49,427 nt of DNA from Lawsonibacter sp. Lineage in GTDB: Bacteria > Bacillota > Clostridia > Oscillospirales > Oscillospiraceae. Made by a program: the position numbers and the translations under genes. Positions 1 to 8,268 of the stretch are shown in pieces; within the stretch, counting starts at the first letter, position 1; each line of letters opens with the position of its first letter. Under the pieces are notes generated by a model that made no database searches, had not been told where the DNA came from, and saw only the letters and a list, made by a program, of their open reading frames with translations. The stretch is taken from NCBI GenBank assembly GCA_022791075.1, contig JAAVYL010000071.1, forward strand, positions 1-49,427, read 5' to 3'.

Positions 1-305
1 CTTCGGTTTAATATCTGTTCCTCAAAGGTGTCTAAGATAACTGTAAATTCAACATCATCAAAATCTAAAAGCCCCTGTTGCTTATTCAAATTAGAAAAGT
101 AACAGTTTTTTGCAATTTGACAAAGCCAAACACGAATGTCTGTATCGCCGCGAAAAGCATCTATTGAGCGCATTGCTTTGAAGAATGTTTCGCTTGTAAT
201 TTCCTCTGCAATACTTTCATCTTTGGACAGCTTTTGTAGAAAAAGAAATACATCATTAAAGTACCTTATATAGATTTCCTCATATTCATCTTTGGAACCT
301 GCCAC
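1..305 (-). CDS. ECF-type RNA polymerase sigma-70 factor (5' part only, runs off the window start)
   Basis: Not in the ORF track. Manual translation from GTG at 305 (RBS GGAGGAGGTG upstream) gives MAGSKDEYEEIYIRYFNDVFLFLQKLSKDESIAEEITSETFFKAMRSIDAFRGDTDIRVWLCQIAKN, a sigma-70 region 2 pattern (AEEITSETF, WL.QIAKN). Confidence 0.85.
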   Translation of the reverse strand, partial: MAGSKDEYEEIYIRYFNDVFLFLQKLSKDESIAEEITSETFFKAMRSIDAFRGDTDIRVWLCQIAKNCYFSNLNKQQGLLDFDDVEFTVILDTFEEQILNR

Positions 306-501
306 TTTCTCACCTCCTCCCTTCTAAGACTTCGCATTTATAAAAATCTTACAAGGTTTTTGAAATTTTTTTGAAAACAGTTTTCCCCACATAGGCTTCG
401 TAGAGCTGATTCCCCTCACGGCACATTTAGAAGTATAGACTGTTATTTGCCCTATATGTAAGGTAGTAATCGCCCACTTTCACATAGTCCAGTTCGATTT
501 T

Positions 502-785
502 TATAGCGGCGCGGCTTCGCCCCAGCCGTCCAGGGATAACCTGGGCGCTATATTCTCTTTGCCGCCCCCTCTTGAAGAGCGTGCTTACTCACCACCCGCA
601 AGCGGGCGGTGGTACTGCCTTTGGCAGTCGCGCGCTCGACCAGGGAGACCTGCCGGGCATTCCTTCCCTGCCCAGTATTGACAGGGAAGCAGACGCTAAC
701 GGCGGCTTTTTCATCGGGCGGAGCTGCGCCGGGTATATACCGGGGCGTTGCTTGCTGCTGCTATCAACACCTAAAAATGATAGCT
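502..785 (+). ncRNA. Candidate structured RNA or palindromic DNA element of unknown class
   Basis: GC-rich block in AT-rich intergenic DNA with about 10 stem-loops and nested closing stems (TATAGCG 502/CGCTATA 546; GCCGCC 561/GGCGGC 701 followed by a T-run). G-U wobbles and a GAGA tetraloop favour the + strand. Confidence 0.4.
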
Positions 786-857
786 GAAAGTCGCATGTAA
801 TGATAGTATACTTAGTCTATGCCTATTCGACAAACCGGGAATTACAGGGGAGCACAA

Positions 858-974
858 ATGCAATTTTTAGAATATGGTATCAACCATGATAAGACCATCC
901 TCTTTTTACATAGCGGCATCAGTATAAATCACCCAGATCTCTATGTTGAAAAAATGTACCGCTTAATTGAATAA
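858..974 (+). pseudogene. Alpha/beta-hydrolase remnant with large internal in-frame deletion (38 aa)
   Basis: RBS GGGGAG, ATG at 858. Translates to MQFLEYGINHDKTILFLHSG|ISINHPDLYVEKMYRLIE*; the first half resembles a hydrolase N-terminus (..EYG....I.FLHG) and the second half a C-terminal helix. A terminator follows. Confidence 0.6.
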
Positions 975-1015
975 CTCTAAGTTTTAAATTTGTCGGAGGA
1001 TTTCATCATAGTGTC

Positions 1016-1044
1016 AAAAAGCCTCGCCATTGGCGAGGCTTTTT
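1016..1044. terminator. Bidirectional intrinsic terminator
   Basis: AAAAA-GCCTCGCCA T TGGCGAGGC-TTTTT perfect inverted repeat between convergent genes. Confidence 0.85.
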
Positions 1045-1150
1045 CTCAACACCCGCAGGTGCTGGTGGACGGCGGGACCATCAGCAACAAAAACGCCGCC
1101 CAGATACTGGACGGCGTTGACATTATTCTGGTATACGGCGGCTTTCCCCT

Positions 1151-3823
1151 TTAAGCAACAAACGCTGCCGTACTATCCTTTCGCATAAACAGCAGGCCGA
1201 ATGACCCCGGTCCGCAGTTACTTGCGATGGCGGATGACGCCTTTTGCAGATAAACCCGTTCAAACGAGCAATACTGCCGCACCAAATTCTGAATGTATTG
1301 GAGCTTCTCCTCATTCAGACCGGAATATGTGATAAACAGGATACGCCGGTCAATGGTCCTGGTCTCCTGAAGCACCCTCCGTATATACTTTTTCGCAACA
1401 TTTGTAAAGCCGCCCATTTCTACACCGCCCACCACCATTTTGCTCTTTTTCAGCACAAGGATCGGGTGCAGCAGCAGCGCGTCGCAAAGGACCTGTATAC
1501 GTTTCGAGATTCGCCCGGACTGGCACATCGAACGGATGTTATTTATGATAAAGGCAGAGGAAATTAAATGCTCTACCCGTCTTATGGATGCGGTGATCTC
1601 CGCCTTTGTGGCATGACGCTCTGTCAGCTGCGCCGCGTACAGCACCGCCAGGCCCATACTGCTGGAGAGATGCCCGGAGTCTATCACCGTAACGTTATCG
1701 AAGGATTTTGCCGCCTCAAGCGCGTTTTGATAACCAGCGCTGACATGCTTTGCCATCGTAATGTGAATCACATTCTGCGCCTCTGTCAGCTTCTCTGCAA
1801 AAAACCGCTCGTAGTCCTCCACCTCAGGCGGCTGGGAATAGCCCTTCCGCCCCCTTGTAATGTGCGCCAGCAGCTCATCCGGCTTCAGCTCCTGGCCATC
1901 CAGGAAGCGGCCCTCCTCTGTGCAGACGTAGTATGGACAGACGGAAATGCCAAACTCTTTGAGGAGTGATTCCGGAAGGTCACACACACTGTCCGTTGTA
2001 ATCAGGATGGAGCGCCTTTTCGCCTGCTCAAAAATCAGGATTTCCTTTTCCATTTCTGACTGCCCGGCGTCCTCACGCTGCCGCACCAGCTCCTTGGGCA
2101 GAATGTTCAGCACAGCCGCCTCCAGCAGCGCACCGCTGACCGGCTTGGCCAGGTAGCCGCTGAATCCCTCCTTCCGGTAAAGCAGCTGATTGTCGCTGCC
2201 CGCATTGGCGGTCAGGGCCACCACAGGGGCGTCCTGGCATAGCCCTCCCGGCTGTACGCGCAGGGCATGGAGGCACTCGATTCCGTCCATCTCCGGCATC
2301 AGATGGTCCATCAAAATGCAGTCATAGTGGCGGTTTTGGGTCAGCTTCAGGCATTCCGCCCCGCTGGATGCGGTGTCAATTTGAATCCTGGTGGCCGAGA
2401 GCAGCTTGGTTACCACCATCAGGTTCATGTCATTGTCGTCCACCACCAGGATATGTGCGTCCGGCGCCTCAAAGCTCTGCTGGTATGTCCCCTCGTCGTG
2501 AAGCTTTGCCCGGGAGGCCAGTGTAAACGTCCCCAGCTCCTTTTCGTCCACAATATCCTGCTCCAGGGTGACGACAAATTTTGATCCCTTGGTATAGACG
2601 CTGTTTACGCTGATCTCACCGCCCATCAGCTCCACCAGCTGCTGGACAATGCTCAGCCCCAGCCCGGTCCCCTCAATATGGCGGTTTTTTTCCTCGTCCA
2701 CCCGCCGGAACGCATTAAACAGATATGGGATATTCTCCTTTTTTACCCCCTGCCCGGTATCCTCCACAGAGTACCAGACGAGTACCCGGTTGACGCCCTG
2801 GCGCTCGCAGCGGACGGAGAGGGTAATGGCGCCCTCGCTGGTATATTTCACCGCGTTATTCAACAGGTTGATTAAAATCTGCTTGATGCGCACCTCGTCT
2901 CCGCAGAGCATACTTGGAATGGACGGGTCTATGTGGAGCTTAAATTCCAGCCCCTTCTCCTTTGCCTTGATCCAGATCATGTTGACAATCTCTGAAAAAA
3001 GCGTCCCCGTCTCATAAGATGCGTTGATAATCTCCATTTTTCCCGACTTGATCTTGGAGATATCCAGGATGTCATTGATCAGGGTGAGCAGCAGCTTGCT
3101 GGCCCCCTGGATATTCCTGGCGTTCTCCGCCACCTCCTCTGGAATATCGCCCCGCAGCGTAATCTCATTCAGCCCGATGATCGTATTGATGGGTGTGCGA
3201 ATCTCGTGGCTCATACTGGAAAAGAAGTGGTTTTCCGCCTGGTTCAGCTCTTCAATCTCTTTTTTCTGCTGCTGGGTAAGGGCATTCTCCTCCTCATACA
3301 TCCGGTTCAGGAACATGAGCAGCACGCTGGTGAGCAGTCCCACCATAACCATGGAAAACGCAGACTCAAAAAAGGATCGCTGCTGGGTGTTCAAGGAGGC
3401 CAGCTCCGGAAAATAGTACGCGATGCCATAGCACATCAATGTTTCCGCCGCGCACAGCACAAAAAACACCGCCATGCGTTTTCCCTGCAGGGTGATGCAG
3501 ATGTAGATAAAGCAGAGCACGAACCACTCCGGCACTCCGCTGTAAAATCCGCCTGCGGTAAAAAACGTGAATGGAAACAGCACAAGCAGCAGCACCACAA
3601 TCGCCGTAGCTCCGTTTTGTACCTGTCCTCTCCGAATACTGACCCGCACAATCGCCGCGATGACCGCCAGGCTTACCACCAGAATGACAAGGTTCAAGAC
3701 GCTTCTGCCCATGGGCAGGGTGAAGATCAGTGCGACCATGCAGATTGCTGTCGTGATGCGGAACATACGCTCACGCAGGCTGATCTTATGGTCAAAGATA
3801 ATATTTAGCCATTTGTTTATCAC
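1151..3823 (-). CDS. Membrane hybrid histidine kinase / receiver / DegV (FakB-like) fusion
   Basis: N-terminal multi-TM region; H-box SHEIRTP; N-box NLLNNAVKYT; G-boxes DTGQG and GTGLGL; receiver LVVDD..D..KP; C-terminal ITTDSVCDLP..SQP..IDSGHLS DegV domain. Likely start GTG 3823 (track ORF starts at 3847). Confidence 0.9.
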   Translation of the reverse strand: MINKWLNIIFDHKISLRERMFRITTAICMVALIFTLPMGRSVLNLVILVVSLAVIAAIVRVSIRRGQVQNGATAIVVLLLVLFPFTFFTAGGFYSGVPEWFVLCFIYICITLQGKRMAVFFVLCAAETLMCYGIAYYFPELASLNTQQRSFFESAFSMVMVGLLTSVLLMFLNRMYEEENALTQQQKKEIEELNQAENHFFSSMSHEIRTPINTIIGLNEITLRGDIPEEVAENARNIQGASKLLLTLINDILDISKIKSGKMEIINASYETGTLFSEIVNMIWIKAKEKGLEFKLHIDPSIPSMLCGDEVRIKQILINLLNNAVKYTSEGAITLSVRCERQGVNRVLVWYSVEDTGQGVKKENIPYLFNAFRRVDEEKNRHIEGTGLGLSIVQQLVELMGGEISVNSVYTKGSKFVVTLEQDIVDEKELGTFTLASRAKLHDEGTYQQSFEAPDAHILVVDDNDMNLMVVTKLLSATRIQIDTASSGAECLKLTQNRHYDCILMDHLMPEMDGIECLHALRVQPGGLCQDAPVVALTANAGSDNQLLYRKEGFSGYLAKPVSGALLEAAVLNILPKELVRQREDAGQSEMEKEILIFEQAKRRSILITTDSVCDLPESLLKEFGISVCPYYVCTEEGRFLDGQELKPDELLAHITRGRKGYSQPPEVEDYERFFAEKLTEAQNVIHITMAKHVSAGYQNALEAAKSFDNVTVIDSGHLSSSMGLAVLYAAQLTERHATKAEITASIRRVEHLISSAFIINNIRSMCQSGRISKRIQVLCDALLLHPILVLKKSKMVVGGVEMGGFTNVAKKYIRRVLQETRTIDRRILFITYSGLNEEKLQYIQNLVRQYCSFERVYLQKASSAIASNCGPGSFGLLFMRKDSTAAFVA

Positions 3824-3874
3824 ACAAATTCCTGCTCCTTCCAACATGGCGCTCAGAGGAAATATCAGAACAGA

Positions 3875-6433
3875 CTATATTCCGGCAATCTGTGTGCAGA
3901 TTTCATCGTACGCACACATCAGCGCGGCGTGGTGTGCCAAGATAAACTCCACGTCCCCCCGCTTCCCGGCCAGCTCCAGTTCCTTCGCCTGGGCGGAAAG
4001 GGCCTCCGCGCCGATGGTCAGCGACGTACTCTTGAGCGCATGGACCTTTATCGCATAGTCCGTCCAATTTTCAGCCTCATACAGAGAAATAATTTCCGCC
4101 CTTTTATCTCCGCCCTTGGCATGGAACATCCGCAGCATCTCCCGGAAGAAGCTCTCGTCTCCGCCGCAGTAATTCAGCCCCAGATCCACATTGATGCCGG
4201 CCTGGGCCAGCCGGCCGCAGGGAATCGCCGGCTCACCGGCGGGCGTCTGTGCGGGACCTGCCTCCTCCACAGACTCGATATGCTCCGCCGGTGCAGAGCC
4301 GCCGTTAGCCGCCTCAGGCTTCTCCTCCTCCAGCACAGCCTGCCCGCCGTTCCCGGGCGTATCCTCCAGTTCTTCACCGTATTGGATAAAACGGTTAGGC
4401 AGTACCCTCCGCAGCACCCGCTCCAGAACAGTGCGTTCAATGGGCTTGGGGACAAATTCCGTAAAGCCTTCACTGCGGAACATCTCCCGTGCCCCGCTGA
4501 CGGTATTTGCAGTCAGCGCAATCACCGGCAGGTCCTGATAGGCGCCGTTCTGGAGTTCCCGGATCTTCTTCAGGGTTTGCACCCCGTCAAATCCCGGCAT
4601 CATGTGATCCAGGAAGATAATGTCATAGGAGGTACTGTCACACCGCGCCAAGGCCTCCCGTCCGCTCAGGCAGGTATCAACCTCAATCCCATAGCTTCCC
4701 AGCATGCCCTTGGCCACCACCAGATTCATCTCCTCGTCGTCTACTGCCAGCGCCCGGACGCCTGAGCAGGTGAACGGCTTCCGGCCAGCGGCCTGGGCCT
4801 CTGCGAAGCCCCGCGCCCCCAGGTCTCCGTTCAGCAGGTTGGCAATGGAAAGGGCGGAAAACGGCTTGTGCATGACATACAGCCGGCTCCCGTTGTCCAG
4901 CGTGAAATCCTTCTCCGCAATGATTACAACCCGGAGCGTACCGGCCAGCTCCTCATAGTACATACGGTCCTCTTCATACTCCGACTGTGCGATGAACACA
5001 TGGGTCAGGTTATGACTGCGCTGTAACTTAAGGAGTCCTTCAAAGCTGTGTGTCTGATACCCATGAATGCCCAGCCCTTCCAGCAGGCTTCTGATCAGGC
5101 CGTCATAATACCCCCGGACCTCGTCACAGCTGTACCGCTCCGGCCGGAAATAGCACGCCACACACACCTGGTCCGCATGGTCGAGCACAATGCACGGCTG
5201 ATTGTCCGCCACCCCCTGGGGAACCACAATATGGGCGTGCAGGCCCTGTTGTCCCTTGCTGTCAAAGTGGATAAAGCCGCCCATGGCATTCAAAATTCCC
5301 CGGGCGATGGGAAGCCCCAGGCCGAGGCCACCCACCAGGCGGCTGCTTCCGGAGTCCGCCTGATAAAAGTCGTCATACATCTGCAGCATCTGAGAATCCG
5401 TCATGCCGATGCCTGTGTCGCAGATATCAATAATCAAATTGACTCCATAGCTCTCCGGCCGGTATCCGATGCGGACGCTCACGCCGCCCTCCTCGGTGAA
5501 TTTGATGGAATTTTCCACCAGAATTTTGAGCACATGGGAAATTTTCTCCGCGTCTCCTATAAGGACTGCGGGCATCCCCGGATCAATGTCGAATACGATC
5601 TCCAAATGCTGCCGGTTGCTCTGCAGCGCGGTCATGGTAATGACGTCGTTCAGCACGGAGGTGATCATATACTCCTCCGTGGCCGGGGTCAGCGTACCTT
5701 CCACGATCTCCGTATAGTCAAGCATATTGTTGATCTGGCTGGACAGACGCTTCCCGGCCAGCTGGATAGACGTCATGTTTTCCCTGATATCCGGGGAGAG
5801 CTCTGTTCCCAGCGCCACCTCGCTGATTCCAATCACCATATTGATGGGCGTGCGGAGCTCATGGGAGACGTTTGACAAAAAAACCGCATTCTGCTTCCCG
5901 GACGCCTCCAGGTCGGCAAACACATGGTCATACCATTTTCGCTGGATACTGCGTTGCTTAATCCAGTATCCTGCCAGCGCCGCCCCGCAAAAGGTCACAG
6001 CAATCCCCAGCCCCACGCGGAAACCATCCCGGAACTCCATATCATAAGAAATGGTATGGAGAATGAAGATATGGTAGAGCAGCGCCAGGGCATAGAGAGC
6101 CTCAAGGGCATACATAACCCATTTTTTGTTCAGTGCAAACAGCGCAAGAATGATAATACAGGCTACGGCAGGTATGTCATAAAGGCTGGATTCATGTACG
6201 CCGAAGAAAAAGAATTCCAGCAGCACAAACCCGGCGCAGAGATTTTCATAAAAAACGCCCGAGCCAATCTTCGCAATGTGCAGAAGCCACACGCTGAAGC
6301 AGCCGGCCGCCATCAGAGGAACCATCCAAAGCTCCCAGGCCATAACCACAGTGGTCAGACCCAGCATTCCGCTGAACACTGTGGTGATAACTGCCAGCAG
6401 CAGATGCCTGCTCGTCTGCTCCCCCACCCTCAT
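3875..6433 (-). CDS. Membrane hybrid histidine kinase with receiver and Hpt domains
   Basis: N-terminal TM helices; SHELRTP; ENSIKFT; DTGIG; GGLGLGL; a degenerate receiver-like segment; receiver AVDDEEMN..LDHMMP..KP; Hpt VHALKSTS. Confidence 0.92.
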   Translation of the reverse strand: MRVGEQTSRHLLLAVITTVFSGMLGLTTVVMAWELWMVPLMAAGCFSVWLLHIAKIGSGVFYENLCAGFVLLEFFFFGVHESSLYDIPAVACIIILALFALNKKWVMYALEALYALALLYHIFILHTISYDMEFRDGFRVGLGIAVTFCGAALAGYWIKQRSIQRKWYDHVFADLEASGKQNAVFLSNVSHELRTPINMVIGISEVALGTELSPDIRENMTSIQLAGKRLSSQINNMLDYTEIVEGTLTPATEEYMITSVLNDVITMTALQSNRQHLEIVFDIDPGMPAVLIGDAEKISHVLKILVENSIKFTEEGGVSVRIGYRPESYGVNLIIDICDTGIGMTDSQMLQMYDDFYQADSGSSRLVGGLGLGLPIARGILNAMGGFIHFDSKGQQGLHAHIVVPQGVADNQPCIVLDHADQVCVACYFRPERYSCDEVRGYYDGLIRSLLEGLGIHGYQTHSFEGLLKLQRSHNLTHVFIAQSEYEEDRMYYEELAGTLRVVIIAEKDFTLDNGSRLYVMHKPFSALSIANLLNGDLGARGFAEAQAAGRKPFTCSGVRALAVDDEEMNLVVAKGMLGSYGIEVDTCLSGREALARCDSTSYDIIFLDHMMPGFDGVQTLKKIRELQNGAYQDLPVIALTANTVSGAREMFRSEGFTEFVPKPIERTVLERVLRRVLPNRFIQYGEELEDTPGNGGQAVLEEEKPEAANGGSAPAEHIESVEEAGPAQTPAGEPAIPCGRLAQAGINVDLGLNYCGGDESFFREMLRMFHAKGGDKRAEIISLYEAENWTDYAIKVHALKSTSLTIGAEALSAQAKELELAGKRGDVEFILAHHAALMCAYDEICTQIAGI

Positions 6434-6792
6434 CTCTTCTCAAACTCCTGAGCCACCCGCTTCAAAAGCTCCTTCGGCGGATAAGGCTTTTTCAGATAAT
6501 CCACTGCGCCCAGCAGGAGCGCGCCCACCACATCCTCCACCTCTCCTGAGGCCGTCAAAAAAATGACAGGTATCTCTGCGGCAAACTCCTTCATATGTTC
6601 AAACGTCTCGATCCCGTTCATCAGGGGCATATCAATGTCCAAAAGGACCAGGTCTATTCTTTCATTTTTCAGCACATGCAGCGCCCGTACCCCTGAGTCC
6701 GCCAGCACTACATCATAGCTTCCCTCGAGGATGATCTGCGTCCTCATCAGGTTCATTTCGTCGTCATCCACCACTAAAATACGCTTCTGCAT
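6430..6792 (-). CDS. Single-domain response regulator (CheY-like receiver)
   Basis: ILVVDDD, LLDIDMP, FLTA and KP motifs in 120 aa; stop overlaps the downstream kinase start. Confidence 0.92.
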   Translation of the reverse strand: MQKRILVVDDDEMNLMRTQIILEGSYDVVLADSGVRALHVLKNERIDLVLLDIDMPLMNGIETFEHMKEFAAEIPVIFLTASGEVEDVVGALLLGAVDYLKKPYPPKELLKRVAQEFEKR

Positions 6793-6939
6793 TTGAACTT
6801 ACCCCCTGTTTTATAATCAGGTTTTCGCGGCTGATATATCCTATTCTAAACGAAGCCCATAAGAAAATCAAGTGCGATAAAAAACCTTTTTGCGTCCTCA
6901 TATTCCCGCGCCCGCCGCGCCTCAGCCGGAGAAAAGCCA

Positions 6940-6969
6940 TTGCCAATATGGGCAGTCATGTGGTATAAT
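6940..6969 (+). promoter_or_regulatory. Sigma-A-type promoter for the SBP-MCP pair
   Basis: TTGCCA-N18-TATAAT with extended -10 TG. Confidence 0.6.
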
Positions 6970-7000
6970 TCCCTGGAATCAACTGGAAGGGTGGTTGCTG

Positions 7001-8236
7001 ATGAAGAAAACTTTTTTCCTCTTGCCGTGCCTGCTTCTGCCGCTGGTTTTACTGACAGCCTGCGGCAGCCGGGAAGCCCCTCCCCCAGAGCACGAAGCAG
7101 AGCCGGAGACCATTGAGCTGACCGTGTGGGGCGCAGAGGAGGACGAGGAGCTGCTCCAGGAAATTTTCACTTCATTCCAATCCCACTACGCCGGCCAGGC
7201 CAGCTTTCACATCACGTTTCAGCCCCAGAGCGAATCCAACTGCAAGGATGCGCTGCTGGGCGATCTGGAGGGGGGCGCGGATGTGTTTGCCTTCGCCGAC
7301 GATCAGGTGTCTGCCCTGGCTGCGGCCGGAGGTCTGGACCCCATCGAAGACAGCGCCGCGATCCGAAGCGCCAGTCTCTCCGCCGCGGTGGAGGCGGCCA
7401 GCGTGGGGAACGACCTCTACGCCTACCCGCTGACCGCGGATAACGGGTATTTTCTATACTACAACAAGGCGTATTTCTCAGAAGCGGATATCCAGAGCCT
7501 GGAGCAGATGCTGGACCTTGCCGCTCAGGCCGGGCGGCTGGTGGCGATGGACTGGTCCTCCGCGTGGTATGTCTACGCCTTTTTCGGCAACACCGGTCTG
7601 ACCGTCGGCCTTAACGAAGACGGCCTGACCAACTACTGCACCTGGAACAGCACCGAAGGGGCCATACGCGGCGTGGATGTGGCCGAGGCCATGCTGGCCG
7701 TTGCAGCCAGCCCCGGCTTTGCCAGTATGACGGATCAGGAATTCCTGGCCGGTGTGCAGAACGGCTCTGTGATTGCCGGGGTGAGCGGCGTCTGGAACGC
7801 CGTAGCGGTTCAGGAGGCCTGGGGAGAGAATACCGGGGCGGCCAAGCTGCCCTGCTATACCTGCGCGGGGAGGCAGATACAGATGGCCTCCTTCTCCGGG
7901 TGCAAGCTGATCGGCGTAAATGCCTATTCCGAGCACCCGGAGTGGGCGGCGCGGCTGGCCGAGTGGATCACCAGCGAGGAAAACCAGCGCCTGCGCTTTG
8001 AGCGGCGGGGACAGGGTCCGGCCAACATCAGCGCGGCAAATTCTCCGCAGGTTCAGGCCTCGCCGGCCATTGCGGCCCTGCTGGCCCAATCGGAATTTTC
8101 CCAGCTCCAGCGGGTGGGCGGAAAGTTCTGGGACCCGGTATCCGAATTCGCCTTGAATATGGCGGCAGGAAACCCCTCCGGCACCTCTCTTCAGGTCCAG
8201 CTGGACCGGCTGGCAGAGAGCGTCGCCGCGCGGTAG
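7001..8236 (+). CDS. Extracellular sugar-binding lipoprotein (SBP family 1, maltose/galactan-like)
   Basis: Signal peptide MKKT..LTAC lipobox; LTVW, ADVFAFADDQ, YAYP, YYNKA and GVWN motifs. No permeases adjacent. Confidence 0.88.
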   Translation: MKKTFFLLPCLLLPLVLLTACGSREAPPPEHEAEPETIELTVWGAEEDEELLQEIFTSFQSHYAGQASFHITFQPQSESNCKDALLGDLEGGADVFAFADDQVSALAAAGGLDPIEDSAAIRSASLSAAVEAASVGNDLYAYPLTADNGYFLYYNKAYFSEADIQSLEQMLDLAAQAGRLVAMDWSSAWYVYAFFGNTGLTVGLNEDGLTNYCTWNSTEGAIRGVDVAEAMLAVAASPGFASMTDQEFLAGVQNGSVIAGVSGVWNAVAVQEAWGENTGAAKLPCYTCAGRQIQMASFSGCKLIGVNAYSEHPEWAARLAEWITSEENQRLRFERRGQGPANISAANSPQVQASPAIAALLAQSEFSQLQRVGGKFWDPVSEFALNMAAGNPSGTSLQVQLDRLAESVAAR

Positions 8237-8268
8237 GCACAGAGTATTGATACTTGGGAGGAAATCTC

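Noticed and set aside
602-619. T-box-like string GGTGGTACTGCC
   Set aside because: Departs from the GGTGGTACCGCG consensus; no specifier stem recognised and no amino-acid-related gene downstream.
572-800. ORFs 572..787 and 609..800 over the structured element
   Set aside because: TTG/GTG starts without RBS and no protein-like motifs; the sequence is better explained by base-pairing.
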